Below are positions 39,610 through 49,157 of a stretch of 64,000 nt of DNA, in pieces; the stretch's first letter is position 1; every line of letters starts with the position of its first letter. This stretch comes from Candidatus Latescibacterota bacterium (lineage in GTDB: Bacteria > Latescibacterota > UBA2968 > GCA-2709665): positions 832,001-896,000 of the forward strand of contig OZ242358.1 in NCBI GenBank assembly GCA_965208835.1. Reading direction: 5' to 3'. Under the pieces are notes generated by a model that worked only from the letters and a program-made list of their open reading frames with translations, was not told the origin of the DNA and did no database searches. The position numbers and the translations under genes are program-made.

Positions 39610-40551
39610 ATGAGCAACGTGGTGAAGGGCCCCGACTGGGTTTGCGTGACGGAGAAGGCGGAATGGCAGGCGCGCGACTCGCAGGGGGAGATGGTGTGGG
39701 ACGGTCATATGTGGATTTTTGGGGGCTGGTTCACCCCGCAGACGCCCAATCCGCGCGACGTCTGGAAGTCGTCCGACGGGGTGAACTGGACCCGAACCGT
39801 GGAGGTTGCGCCGTGGGAACACGGCGACCTGCCGGCAACCATGCCGTTCAGGGGCCGGATATGGCTGATGGGGGGACGGAAACTGCCCGGTGCGGAGAAT
39901 ACGAACACGGTATGGTCGTCGTCCGACGGCGCCGAGTGGGTTCTGGAAACGGATGATCCGGGGTGGTGCCCCAGGGTATCGCCGTCGTTCGTCGTGTTCA
40001 GGGACAGGATGTGGATCATGGGCGGGACCGAGAATTTCTATCAGGACGATGACACGAACCTCAAGAACGACGTCTGGTCCACCGCCGACGGCAGGAACTG
40101 GAGATGCGACGTCGAGCATGCGGCATGGTCGAAACGGACGCACGCCCAGGCCGTGGTTTTCAGGAACAAAATCTGGATCATGGGCGGCGGCGCATGGCAG
40201 CCGGAAACCATCCCGCTAAACGATGTATGGTGCTCTGAAGACGGCGCGAACTGGACGCAGGTAACTTCCGAGGCGCCCTGGAAGAAACGCATGTGGTTTT
40301 CCCTCGTCGTCTACCGGGACCATATGTGGGTCCTGGGTGGATGGTCCCGCAAGGACGGCGACTTCGGCGACGTGTGGTACTCGAAGGACGGCGCGAACTG
40401 GACGGAACTCAAATCGGACGTGATCTGGACAAATCGCCACGAGCATTCGGCCTATGTCTTCAAGGACAGGATCTGGCTGGCCGGCGGGCATGCCCGGCCC
40501 TTGAACAGCGAAGTCTGGTCCCTGGAGCTCCCGCCGGATTGGCAGGGGTGA
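39610..40551 (+). CDS. Kelch-like beta-propeller protein
   Basis: Six repeats of W(I/L/V)xGG...VWxSxDGxxW, the last one partial. Confidence 0.85.
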   Translation: MSNVVKGPDWVCVTEKAEWQARDSQGEMVWDGHMWIFGGWFTPQTPNPRDVWKSSDGVNWTRTVEVAPWEHGDLPATMPFRGRIWLMGGRKLPGAENTNTVWSSSDGAEWVLETDDPGWCPRVSPSFVVFRDRMWIMGGTENFYQDDDTNLKNDVWSTADGRNWRCDVEHAAWSKRTHAQAVVFRNKIWIMGGGAWQPETIPLNDVWCSEDGANWTQVTSEAPWKKRMWFSLVVYRDHMWVLGGWSRKDGDFGDVWYSKDGANWTELKSDVIWTNRHEHSAYVFKDRIWLAGGHARPLNSEVWSLELPPDWQG

Positions 40552-40617
40552 ACAGAAAACAGCAGCGCCGCCGACACTCGGGCGGCAGGCGATTTCGTTC
40601 CCGGGAGGAATCTCAAG

Positions 40618-41805
40618 ATGAAAATCAAGTCCATCCGCGCGGTGAACGTGAACTTTCCCGAAACGTACGGACGCGCGAAGCCCGGCGCCGAGCAATACAA
40701 GACGGCGCGCCGCCCGTCGTGGGCCGCTCAGGGGCCCGTTGCCAACCCCATGACGCGCTATCCGCGATACGCCGCGTTCCGTCCGTCCTGGTTGCCGGGA
40801 TGGGGCGGCTTCGGCTGTGTCGTCGAAGGCGAAGACGGCACCCTGGGTTTCGCCACGGCCAGCCACGGGCGTCCCGTTGCGGCCATCATCGACGACTTTC
40901 TCGGGCCCCGACTGGTGGGCGAGAGTTGCCTGGCAACCGAAAAGTGCTACGACATGATGGTGCGGATGGGGGCCCCATACGGAGCGACCGGCCTGCATGC
41001 GTACGCGGTGAGCGCCATCGACCTCGCGCTGTGGGATCTGAAGGGCAAACTGCTGGACAGGCCGGTATACGAACTTCTGGGCGGACCGGCGCGCGACGAG
41101 ATGTTCTGCTACGCCACGGGGGGCGACGCCGACTGGTACCTCGAACTGGGCTTTGAGGCCATCAAACTGCCGTGCCCGTACGGTCCGGCGGACGGGCTGG
41201 AAGGTCTCAAGAAAAACGTGGATCTCGTGGCCGGCACGCGGGATCTCGCGGGCGACAACGTGGAACTGATGCTCGACTGCTGGATGGCGTTCGACGTGGA
41301 ATACGCCGTTCGCCTTGCGGAGGAACTGCGCCCGAGCAAGCTCAAGTGGATGGAGGAAATGCTACGCTCGGAGGATCTCGACGCCCATGCCGAATTGCGC
41401 CGCCGGCTTCCCTGGGCAACCCTGGCCACCGGCGAACACTGGTACACGACCGTTCCGTTCCAGCGCGCGGCAAGCCGGCACCTCCTGGACATTTTCCAGC
41501 CGGACATCAACTGGGTGGGCGGGATGACCGCGGTCGTCAAGATCTGCGCAATTGCCGAGGCGGCCGGCATATCGGTCATTCCCCACGGCGGTGGCAATAC
41601 GCCATACGGACAGCACGTTTGTTACGCGATGCCGGCAATCCCGTGGACAGAATGTTACATCGCCAGCCCACCTGGCGTTGACCCGGACGAGGCCGCGCGG
41701 CCCCCCGGTGTTGCCTCACCCCGGAGCGGCCGAATGAAGCCTCTGGACGGGCCGGGGTTCGGGGTGGAAATCACGGAAGCGCAGGTGTCGCCGTTTCAGT
41801 ATTAG
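40618..41805 (+). CDS. Enolase-superfamily sugar-acid dehydratase (L-rhamnonate dehydratase-like), copy 1
   Basis: VANPMTRYPRY, SAIDLALWDL, LMLDCWM, KWMEE, TGEH, QPDI.W.GG and IPHGG motifs. Confidence 0.88.
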   Translation: MKIKSIRAVNVNFPETYGRAKPGAEQYKTARRPSWAAQGPVANPMTRYPRYAAFRPSWLPGWGGFGCVVEGEDGTLGFATASHGRPVAAIIDDFLGPRLVGESCLATEKCYDMMVRMGAPYGATGLHAYAVSAIDLALWDLKGKLLDRPVYELLGGPARDEMFCYATGGDADWYLELGFEAIKLPCPYGPADGLEGLKKNVDLVAGTRDLAGDNVELMLDCWMAFDVEYAVRLAEELRPSKLKWMEEMLRSEDLDAHAELRRRLPWATLATGEHWYTTVPFQRAASRHLLDIFQPDINWVGGMTAVVKICAIAEAAGISVIPHGGGNTPYGQHVCYAMPAIPWTECYIASPPGVDPDEAARPPGVASPRSGRMKPLDGPGFGVEITEAQVSPFQY

Positions 41806-41828
41806 AAGCTGTTTTAAAATTACCGGTG
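41805..41828 (+). repeat. MITE left-end remnant
   Basis: TTA then GAAGCTGTTTTAAAATTACCGGTG, matching the MITE end; overlaps the enolase stop codon. Confidence 0.75.
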
Positions 41829-41904
41829 CACTGGCAGGGGTAATGCAAAGGCGCGAGCGCCGCCGCACGGCTGGCGGCGACGTGGCAATCGGGAGGAATT
41901 CAAA

Positions 41905-43092
41905 ATGAAAATCAAGTCCATCCGCGCCGTAAATGTAGACTTTCCCGAGACGTACGGACACGCGAGGGCCGACGCTGTGAAATACAAGACGGCCCGCCGT
42001 CCGGCGTGGAAATCGCAGGGCCCTGTTGCCAACCCGATGACGCGGTATCCGCGTTACGCCGCGTTCCGTCCGTCCTGGTCGCCGCGATGGGGCGGCTTCG
42101 GCTGTGTCGTCGAAGGCGAAGACGGCACCCTGGGTTTCGCCACGGCCAGCCACGGGCGTCCCGTTGCGGCCATCATCGACGACTTTCTCGGACCGCGTCT
42201 CGAGGGCGAGAGTTGCCTGGCAACCGAAAAGTGCTACGACATGATGGTGCGGATGGGGGCCCCATACGGAGCGACCGGCCTGCATGCGTACGCAGTGAGC
42301 GCCATCGACCTCGCGCTGTGGGATCTGAAGGGCAAACTGCTGGACAGGCCGGTATACGAACTTCTGGGCGGGCCGGCGCGCGACGAGATGTTCTGCTACG
42401 CCACGGGCGGCGACGCCGACTGGTACCTCGAACTGGGCTTTGAGGCCATCAAACTGCCGTGCCCGTACGGTCCGGCGGACGGGCTGGAAGGTCTCAAGAA
42501 AAACGTGGATCTCGTGGCCGGCACGCGGGATCTCGCGGGCGACAACGTGGAACTGATGCTCGACTGCTGGATGGCGTTCGACGTGGAATATGCCGTTCGT
42601 CTTGCCGAGGAGCTGAGGCCGAGCAAACTCAAGTGGATGGAGGAAATGCTACGCTCGGAGGATCTCGACGCCCATGCCGAATTGCGCCGCCGGCTTCCCT
42701 GGGCTACGCTGGCCACCGGCGAACACTGGTACACAACCGTGCCTTTCCAGCACGCGGCCAGTCGGCACCTGCTGGACATCTTCCAGCCGGACATCAACTG
42801 GGTGGGCGGGATGACCGCGGTGGTCAAAATCTGTGCAATCGCCGAAGCGGCCGGCATATCGGTCATTCCACACGGGGGCGGCAATACGCCATACGGACAG
42901 CACGTGTGTTATGCAATGCCGGCGATTCCATGGACCGAGTGCTCCGTGATCAGTCCACCGGGCGTCGATCCGGAGGAAGCCGCCCGGCCGCCCGGCGCTT
43001 CCGTGCCCAGGGGCGGACGAATGAAGCCCGTGGAAGGACCGGGATTCGGTGTGGAAGTCACGGAAGCGCAGGTGTCGCCGTTTCAATATTAG
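41905..43092 (+). CDS. Enolase-superfamily sugar-acid dehydratase (L-rhamnonate dehydratase-like), copy 2
   Basis: Same length (395 aa) as copy 1 and nearly identical to it. Confidence 0.88.
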   Translation: MKIKSIRAVNVDFPETYGHARADAVKYKTARRPAWKSQGPVANPMTRYPRYAAFRPSWSPRWGGFGCVVEGEDGTLGFATASHGRPVAAIIDDFLGPRLEGESCLATEKCYDMMVRMGAPYGATGLHAYAVSAIDLALWDLKGKLLDRPVYELLGGPARDEMFCYATGGDADWYLELGFEAIKLPCPYGPADGLEGLKKNVDLVAGTRDLAGDNVELMLDCWMAFDVEYAVRLAEELRPSKLKWMEEMLRSEDLDAHAELRRRLPWATLATGEHWYTTVPFQHAASRHLLDIFQPDINWVGGMTAVVKICAIAEAAGISVIPHGGGNTPYGQHVCYAMPAIPWTECSVISPPGVDPEEAARPPGASVPRGGRMKPVEGPGFGVEVTEAQVSPFQY

Positions 43093-43177
43093 ACCATGGG
43101 GAAGGTTGCGTGACTGCAACGGGCATCGTCGACAGCACCGTCGGCCGGACGTCAGATTTGACGTTTCCCATCCTTAA

Positions 43178-43210
43178 GAAGCTGTGTTAAAATAACCGGT
43201 GAGTTCCCGA
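43178..43210 (+). repeat. MITE left-end remnant
   Basis: TAA then GAAGCTGTGTTAAAATAACCGGTGAGTTCCCGA, matching the first ~33 bp of the MITE. Confidence 0.75.
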
Positions 43211-44934
43211 TGAAGATAACGGCTTGCATCCTTGTGGTCGGGCTGGTAATCGGCAACACGATCGGCAATCCCTCGCCTGCGGCGGCGGGCAATGCCGTTG
43301 ACAGAGCAACCGCGAAGTGCTGGCGGTCGGCAAGTGGGCACTGTGTCTCGCGGCTGACGCTCCAGGCCGCAAGGGCTTTCGATGCGAGATCCGATTGGGA
43401 ACTGGAAATACGTGCCGGCGCGTTTGCCGCCGGCGCGGCGGCGCTGGCCCTTGCGGGCAATGCCGGGGATGCCAGGACAAACTTCGATCTGGCGGTGGCG
43501 GCGGCCAGGACCGTAAAGAGCGGATATGCGCGTGCGCGCGCGTTGCGAAACGTCGCGTCCGTGCAGGCTGAAGCCGGAGACGTGGAATCCGCGCGCGAGA
43601 CGGCCCTGTCGATCGGAGACGCTCAGGGCCGGACCGATGCGCTGGTTGGCGTAGCGTCCGCATCGGCCAGGAAAGGGGACCTTGGGTCCGCCCTGGAGAG
43701 TTTCCGGATTGCCGTCGCGACTGCCCGCTCGAATGGAACCGGCGATCGTCGCACGAGAAGTCTGAACATGGTCGCCCTGGCCCAGGCGGCGGTCGGATAC
43801 ACGGCTTCCGCCCGGAGTACAGCCAGGTCAATTGAAGATATTCAGGGTCGAATCGATGCGCTGGTCGGCGTGGCGTCGACGCTGGCGCGGCAGGGCAAGC
43901 GCGAGGACGCGAGGAGATTCTTCGATTTGGCAGTTGAGGATGCCGGTACCATCAACGACGGATATCGAAGGGCAATCGCGCTCGGAAAGGTCGCCTGGGC
44001 ACAGGCGGAAGCGGGAGAAGAAGCGGACGCCCGTAAGACGCTGGACAGAGCCCTGCAGGCCGGCGGGCAGGAGATGGACATCTACAGCGCCGGCGCGACG
44101 ATTGCTTCGCTGGCCGACGTCGACCCTTACGTTTTGATTCAGATCGCCGGGGCACAGATGAAGGTCGATGACCTGAATGGCGCCCGGAAGACCCTGGACC
44201 GGGCCTGGCAGTCCGTCAGCGAGGATGCGTCGCCGTCGCAGGTGAAATGGTTATTCAACATCGCGTCGGCACAGAACGCGGCCGGGGACGCAGAGGGCGC
44301 GAGGCGGACCATTGATACGGCCAGGAAACGCCTCATGTCGGCCGGGGATGACGAACTCGCTCAGAAACTCGTCAACCATATCGCGGCGGACCAGCTCGAG
44401 ACGCTGCTCGAAATCGCCGTTTCGAAAAACCCCGGCGATATCGAGGGAAAGAGAATTCTGGTCTATCACGTGGCGATGCGCCAGGCGCAGACGGGCGAGA
44501 CCCGTCGCAGCCTTCACCATGCGGGGATGATCGACCGGGTATCGAGGCGGGATGCCGTATTGATGGAGATCGCAAACGCCCAGGCCCGTGCCGTGCGATT
44601 CACGGCGGCAACCGAAACCGCCGTGTCAATCAGAGATTCGAACAAGAGGATCAGAGCGCTTGCTGAGATTGCGCGGGCGCAGGCCCAATCGGGCGACCTC
44701 TCCGGTTCCCGAAGGACGCTCGGAACCGCGACGGTGGAAACGACCGGATCGGGTGCGGCGGGGATCACCGCGTGGACCTTTACGGACCTTGCCAGGGCGC
44801 AGGTTGCGGCGCGTCAGACGGGTGAAGCGAAAAAGACCCTGCGGGCTGCCCTCTTGAAGCTCAAGTCCGCTTCCAACCTTGCCCGCGCCACCTGGCTCCC
44901 AGCAATACAGGAGGTGATCCTGAAGATAGAGTAG
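43210..44934 (+). CDS. Exported alpha-helical (TPR-like) repeat protein
   Basis: Signal-peptide-like N-terminus; repeats of R..AL..(V/I)A.AQA..GD...AR.T. Confidence 0.75.
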   Translation: MKITACILVVGLVIGNTIGNPSPAAAGNAVDRATAKCWRSASGHCVSRLTLQAARAFDARSDWELEIRAGAFAAGAAALALAGNAGDARTNFDLAVAAARTVKSGYARARALRNVASVQAEAGDVESARETALSIGDAQGRTDALVGVASASARKGDLGSALESFRIAVATARSNGTGDRRTRSLNMVALAQAAVGYTASARSTARSIEDIQGRIDALVGVASTLARQGKREDARRFFDLAVEDAGTINDGYRRAIALGKVAWAQAEAGEEADARKTLDRALQAGGQEMDIYSAGATIASLADVDPYVLIQIAGAQMKVDDLNGARKTLDRAWQSVSEDASPSQVKWLFNIASAQNAAGDAEGARRTIDTARKRLMSAGDDELAQKLVNHIAADQLETLLEIAVSKNPGDIEGKRILVYHVAMRQAQTGETRRSLHHAGMIDRVSRRDAVLMEIANAQARAVRFTAATETAVSIRDSNKRIRALAEIARAQAQSGDLSGSRRTLGTATVETTGSGAAGITAWTFTDLARAQVAARQTGEAKKTLRAALLKLKSASNLARATWLPAIQEVILKIE

Positions 44935-45151
44935 AAAACGACGGGAGGACGGAGATCCCGTCGTAACGCGAACCGCTGGATTGCGCGACGTAGACAGAGA
45001 CGCCTGGCAGCAATAGCGCATTTTTTTACGGCGAACCGCCAGTTCGCGGTACGGGGGTGTGTGGCAGTTTACGGTACGGACGGATTGGCCGCGCCGCGAT
45101 ACGACTCCGGTTTGGTCGCGCGAGATGGTATTTCACGGCCTGTTGCACAAT

Positions 45152-45185
45152 AAAAAAACGGACGCCGACACGTCGGCGTCCGTTT
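45152..45185 (-). terminator. Rho-independent terminator of the cold-shock gene
   Basis: AAACGGACGCCGAC/GTCGGCGTCCGTTT inverted repeat with a U7 tract on the minus strand. Confidence 0.8.
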
Positions 45186-45209
45186 GTACGTACGAAATCT
45201 CCGTTTACC

Positions 45210-45410
45210 TTATCGTTTCGTCACATTCGCCGCCTGGAGCCCCTTGGGACCCTCGACGATATCGAATTCGACCTCATCACCCTCGGCCAGAGACTTGAAA
45301 CCCTCAGCCTGGATTGCCGAAAAATGCACGAACACGTCTTCTCCGCCGTCCTGCTCGATGAAACCAAAGCCCTTGGCGTCGTTGAACCACTTCACTCGAC
45401 CGTCAGCCAC
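45210..45410 (-). CDS. cspA: Cold-shock protein
   Basis: [15 protein letters not shown]...[17 protein letters not shown]; 66 aa; GTG start. Paralogue identity not resolvable. Confidence 0.95.
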   Translation of the reverse strand: MADGRVKWFNDAKGFGFIEQDGGEDVFVHFSAIQAEGFKSLAEGDEVEFDIVEGPKGLQAANVTKR

Positions 45411-45736
45411 TGCTAATTCACCACCTTTCTACCTTGAACTGAATGTGCAGGCAATTAAAAAAGGCAAGGACCGAAAATTCTGATCCTTGCCGCATCGTTT
45501 TTTTCGACTGCACAGGAGACAGAAACAACGTCCTTCTATTTACAACGTCACAATCAAAGTTAATACCTTCCAGTTCGAATGTCAACTCATTTTTTCGCAT
45601 TTTGCTGATTATTCGATTGCCAGCTTATTCCGTCCCGGCAACAGGTTAACTGGATTCGGCCGATCAGAAGCAGCAAAAACAGCTATCAGTTCTCAGCCGT
45701 CAGCTAACATACCCCCCATCCCCCCGTCAGCCACCG

Positions 45737-45866
45737 GGTGAGACGGGAGAGGGGAGAGGGGAGAGATTGCCTGCCCTGTCAGGTTTCTTCTCGTGCCGGA
45801 GGCGAGGAGGAATAACATACCAGGCAAGGATTTCTTCTACCGTCTTACGTCTACCGTCTCACCGTC
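45737..45866. repeat. Palindromic intergenic repeat family B, full copy
   Basis: GGTGAGACGG...TTGCCTG...TTCTTCTCG..CCGG..CGAGGAGGAA...CAGGCAA...CCGTCTCACC forms a nested inverted repeat. Confidence 0.75.
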
Positions 45867-45984
45867 TCTGGAAAATGCGCAAGGGAATGGGGGACGTTAA
45901 GGGGTTGGGGGAAATTGTCTAAGATGAAGTTGCGATTCACCCGCGTGCCGGCCTGGACGAATCAACCAGGTGGATTCCAGTGAA

Positions 45985-46311
45985 TCAGTGCGTCGAGTTG
46001 GACAGATGCAGGCCGGTCACGCCGCCGACAATCAACGCGATGGAGAGCAGCTTGACCGCGGTGACCGGCTCTTTGAAGTACCAGAAACCGATGACGCTGA
46101 TGATAGCCGTTCCCAGGCCGGCCCATACAGCGTATGCAATACTGACCGGGATCTGTTTAAGCGCCATCGTAAGGCCCGCCAGGGAGGCCAGATAAAAAAC
46201 GGCGACCCCGATAGAGGGCAACAGACGGGCGAATCCATCCGAGAGTTTCATGCACGTCGTCCCTGCCACCTCAAGAACGATGGCGAGAAAAAGATAGAAC
46301 CAGCTGGCCAT
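45985..46311 (-). CDS. SMR-family (EmrE/QacE-like) efflux transporter
   Basis: WFYLFLAIVLEV (conserved Glu), K.SDGF and IPVSIAYAVWAGLG motifs; four TM helices. Confidence 0.93.
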   Translation of the reverse strand: MASWFYLFLAIVLEVAGTTCMKLSDGFARLLPSIGVAVFYLASLAGLTMALKQIPVSIAYAVWAGLGTAIISVIGFWYFKEPVTAVKLLSIALIVGGVTGLHLSNSTH

Positions 46312-46393
46312 TGACAGGTCTCCTTCAGTGCTCAGTCTCGAAAATATCTCACCATTCGGCCGCTGCCTCATCCTGTCTCGCTGCGTTGCTTGT

Positions 46394-46476
46394 GCTGAGC
46401 TTGTCGAAGTGCCCTCGCTCGCCGACCTTGTCCAGGTCGCCTGCGTTCAGACGCTGGTTCCTGAGCCTGTCGAAGG
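46394..46476. repeat. REP-like motif family C, two direct copies
   Basis: GCTGAGCTTGTCGAAG at 46394 and CCTGAGCCTGTCGAAGG at 46460. Confidence 0.55.
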
Positions 46477-46645
46477 ATGCGAGCCGGGCGACTCGGCGGC
46501 CGAATTCAGCCAACCTATTTCCGCGACAGAACACCTGGGCTGGTGGTTGAGGTTGACTTTCCCGGGGTACGTTGGCATTTTAGCCACGTTCTGCGGGCGA
46601 GGCAAACGCAATTGAGCGGGTTTATTCAACGGAAGGGGCAATTGA

Positions 46646-47512
46646 ATGGCATTACCGATCATTATGCACGTGAATTATTGTGAACAGGGACAGACGATCC
46701 CGGAGATGTGCCGGAAGGCAGTGGGCTGGGGGTACGACGGGATCGAGTTCCGCCGTCATCGCAGGGGTGAAGAGGAGACGCCGGAACAATACCTGGATAC
46801 GATCGCCTCGGCCGCGGAAGCCTCCGGGTTGAAGCACGTGCTGTTCGGTGGCCCCGGGGTGGAACTGACGCAGGAAGACGCCGCCATCCGCAGGGCGCAG
46901 GTTGAGGAGGGGATCCGGTTCTATCGACTCGCTGGCGAACGGCTGAATCTCACGGTCTGCAATATCATGGCCGGGACGCTGCGAAGTTCGAACCCCAATG
47001 CGGGGTCGGCCCATCATCTGCACGGGTCCGGCGCCGCGTCGGCGCATCATTACACGTGGGCGGCCGAGGGGTTCAGGGAGCTCGGCGCGGTCGCCGAGGA
47101 GATTGGATTCAGGCTCGCCTTCGAGATCCACATGGGCTATGTTCACGACCTGCCGGCGCCCACGATGAAACTTCTGGATATGATCGGCTCCCCGTTCGTG
47201 GGGGCGAACCTGGACTATGGGAACATGGTGTATTTCCCGGCCTGTCCTTCAATCGGCGAGACTGTTTCCGCACTGGGAGAGAAGCTGTTCATGGTGCATC
47301 TGAAAAACTCGATGCCCGCCGGAGACGGAAGAAACGCCGTGGGATTGGGCGACGGGATTATCAACCACCGGGAGTATCTGCTGGCGCTGATGCGTGCCGG
47401 ATTCAGCGGTCCCTTGTGTATCGAAGCCCCGAGGGCGGGCGACCGGGAGTGGTTCGCGCAGCAGGATATCGCATATCTGAGGTCGGTATTGAAAGATTTG
47501 GCGTGGGAGTAA
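46646..47512 (+). CDS. Sugar phosphate isomerase/epimerase (xylose isomerase-like TIM barrel)
   Basis: GYDGIE, LAFEIH, NLDYGN, MVHLKN and LCIE motifs. Confidence 0.88.
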   Translation: MALPIIMHVNYCEQGQTIPEMCRKAVGWGYDGIEFRRHRRGEEETPEQYLDTIASAAEASGLKHVLFGGPGVELTQEDAAIRRAQVEEGIRFYRLAGERLNLTVCNIMAGTLRSSNPNAGSAHHLHGSGAASAHHYTWAAEGFRELGAVAEEIGFRLAFEIHMGYVHDLPAPTMKLLDMIGSPFVGANLDYGNMVYFPACPSIGETVSALGEKLFMVHLKNSMPAGDGRNAVGLGDGIINHREYLLALMRAGFSGPLCIEAPRAGDREWFAQQDIAYLRSVLKDLAWE

Positions 47513-47565
47513 CGGCGGTGTCCGGTTGTGCGTTCCGGCCGATCGGGAATTTGAATATCGTTTGC

Positions 47566-48540
47566 TTACTTCAGCACCAGGCATGACGCACCCAGGACGC
47601 CTGCGTCGTTGCCCAGTTCGGCGGGCAGGATCCGGGTGTGATCGAACATCCCTTCAAGGGTGTATTCCCGCGCCGCGGCGTCGATGGGGTCGAGAAGAAC
47701 GCGTCCGGCCGCGGAGATTCCGCCGCCGATGGCGATTACGTCAGGGCTGATCACATTAATAACGTTGGCAATGGCAATGCCGAGATAACGTGCAACGCGG
47801 GCAACGGCTTCACAGGCGAGGCCGTCGCCGTTTTTCGCGGCCGTGCAGATGGTTTCCGGTGAGAGGGGTTCCGTGTCCGAGAGAGAAGTGGACACCGCTT
47901 CCGGCAGGCGGCCGCGAACGTAGCGGACCATCGCGGGGCCGGCGGTGAAGGCTTCCAGGCATCCCTTCTTTCCGCATCCGCAGACCGGGCCGTCGGGGTC
48001 CATGCACATGTGCCCGATTTCCCCCGCCGCGAAGGAGGCGCCGTGGTGAATGCCGCCGCCCAGTACGAGTCCCCCGCCAATGCCCGTCCCAAGGGTGATG
48101 AGAAAGAGGGACTCGCATCCCCGCCCCGCGCCCAGGCGGGCTTCCCCGATCGCGGCGACGCTGGCGTCGTTGTCGATTTCAACGGGCAGCCGGATCCTTT
48201 CCTCGAGGATCCGCTTGAAAGGGACGTGGCGCCAGTGGAGGTTCGGGGCGATGATGACGTCGCCCTCCGACGTCGTGACGCCTGGCACGCCGATACCGAC
48301 GCCCGCGATGTCATCGTTCGACAGGCCCTGTCCATCGCGGAGGGATCCGAATAGCGCCGCAATCCGGTCCGCCACGCCGTGTTCACCACTCTCCACGTCC
48401 GTAGGACAGCGGTCTTTGGCTTCGATTCGACCGTCGGCCGCGATAAGCGCGCCTTTGATGCTGCCGCCGCCGAGATCGATGCCGACCGCATGTTGAGGTT
48501 GACCGGCCAATGTGAGTCCTTCCGGCTGGCGCCTGTCCAC
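47566..48540 (-). CDS. ROK-family sugar kinase (glucokinase-like)
   Basis: GIDLGG, IDNDA, TLGTGIGGG, GEIGH, CGCGKKGCLE and LGNDAG motifs. Confidence 0.93.
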   Translation of the reverse strand: MDRRQPEGLTLAGQPQHAVGIDLGGGSIKGALIAADGRIEAKDRCPTDVESGEHGVADRIAALFGSLRDGQGLSNDDIAGVGIGVPGVTTSEGDVIIAPNLHWRHVPFKRILEERIRLPVEIDNDASVAAIGEARLGAGRGCESLFLITLGTGIGGGLVLGGGIHHGASFAAGEIGHMCMDPDGPVCGCGKKGCLEAFTAGPAMVRYVRGRLPEAVSTSLSDTEPLSPETICTAAKNGDGLACEAVARVARYLGIAIANVINVISPDVIAIGGGISAAGRVLLDPIDAAAREYTLEGMFDHTRILPAELGNDAGVLGASCLVLK

Positions 48541-48609
48541 GACCCCGTCCGTATCAGAAAGAACGAGGGAAATGGGTCGTCGCTGCGCGGGCAGGATCGG
48601 AGACGCGGA

Positions 48610-48930
48610 TCAGGCGTTCTCGGCGATCCAGTTCAGGTAAGGCGGGAAACCCTGGTGGATGGGAAGCGCGATGATCTCCGGCACCTCGTAACTGTGCAGT
48701 TCGTTCGCACGGTCGATCAGCGCGTCGAGGCTGGCCAGTGACGTTTTGAGGACCATCAGGTATTCGGCATCGTCTTCGATGGCGTCCTGCCAGCGGTATA
48801 TGGACCGGACCTGTCCAGTGATATTGGCGCACGCGGCCAGGCGTTCTTCAACCAGCGTGCGGCCGATCCGGGCAGCTTCCGCTTCGCTCGGGGCGGTGAC
48901 GAAAACGACGTAATTCCTTACCTCAGACAT
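48610..48930 (-). CDS. cutA: Divalent-cation tolerance protein CutA
   Basis: LVEERLAACANI, SIYRW and HSYEVPEIIALP motifs. Confidence 0.95.
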   Translation of the reverse strand: MSEVRNYVVFVTAPSEAEAARIGRTLVEERLAACANITGQVRSIYRWQDAIEDDAEYLMVLKTSLASLDALIDRANELHSYEVPEIIALPIHQGFPPYLNWIAENA

Positions 48931-49157
48931 GGAATGAACTCCGAAAGTGGAAGCCCGTACAATAAGCTTTGCGACACGGTCTGCGGGCAGGCTCCAAATT
49001 GGATCCGGCACCATGCCGCCGGGACAGTTCCGTCAATTCGCACCGCTGAAGATATGCAGAAGGATGGGAAAGTCAAGGCGAGAATGGGCTTGAATTGACG
49101 TCAGGAAAGCAGGCTTCGCCGGCGGCTCTCTGCGCGAATTTGAGGTATTCAGACGAA

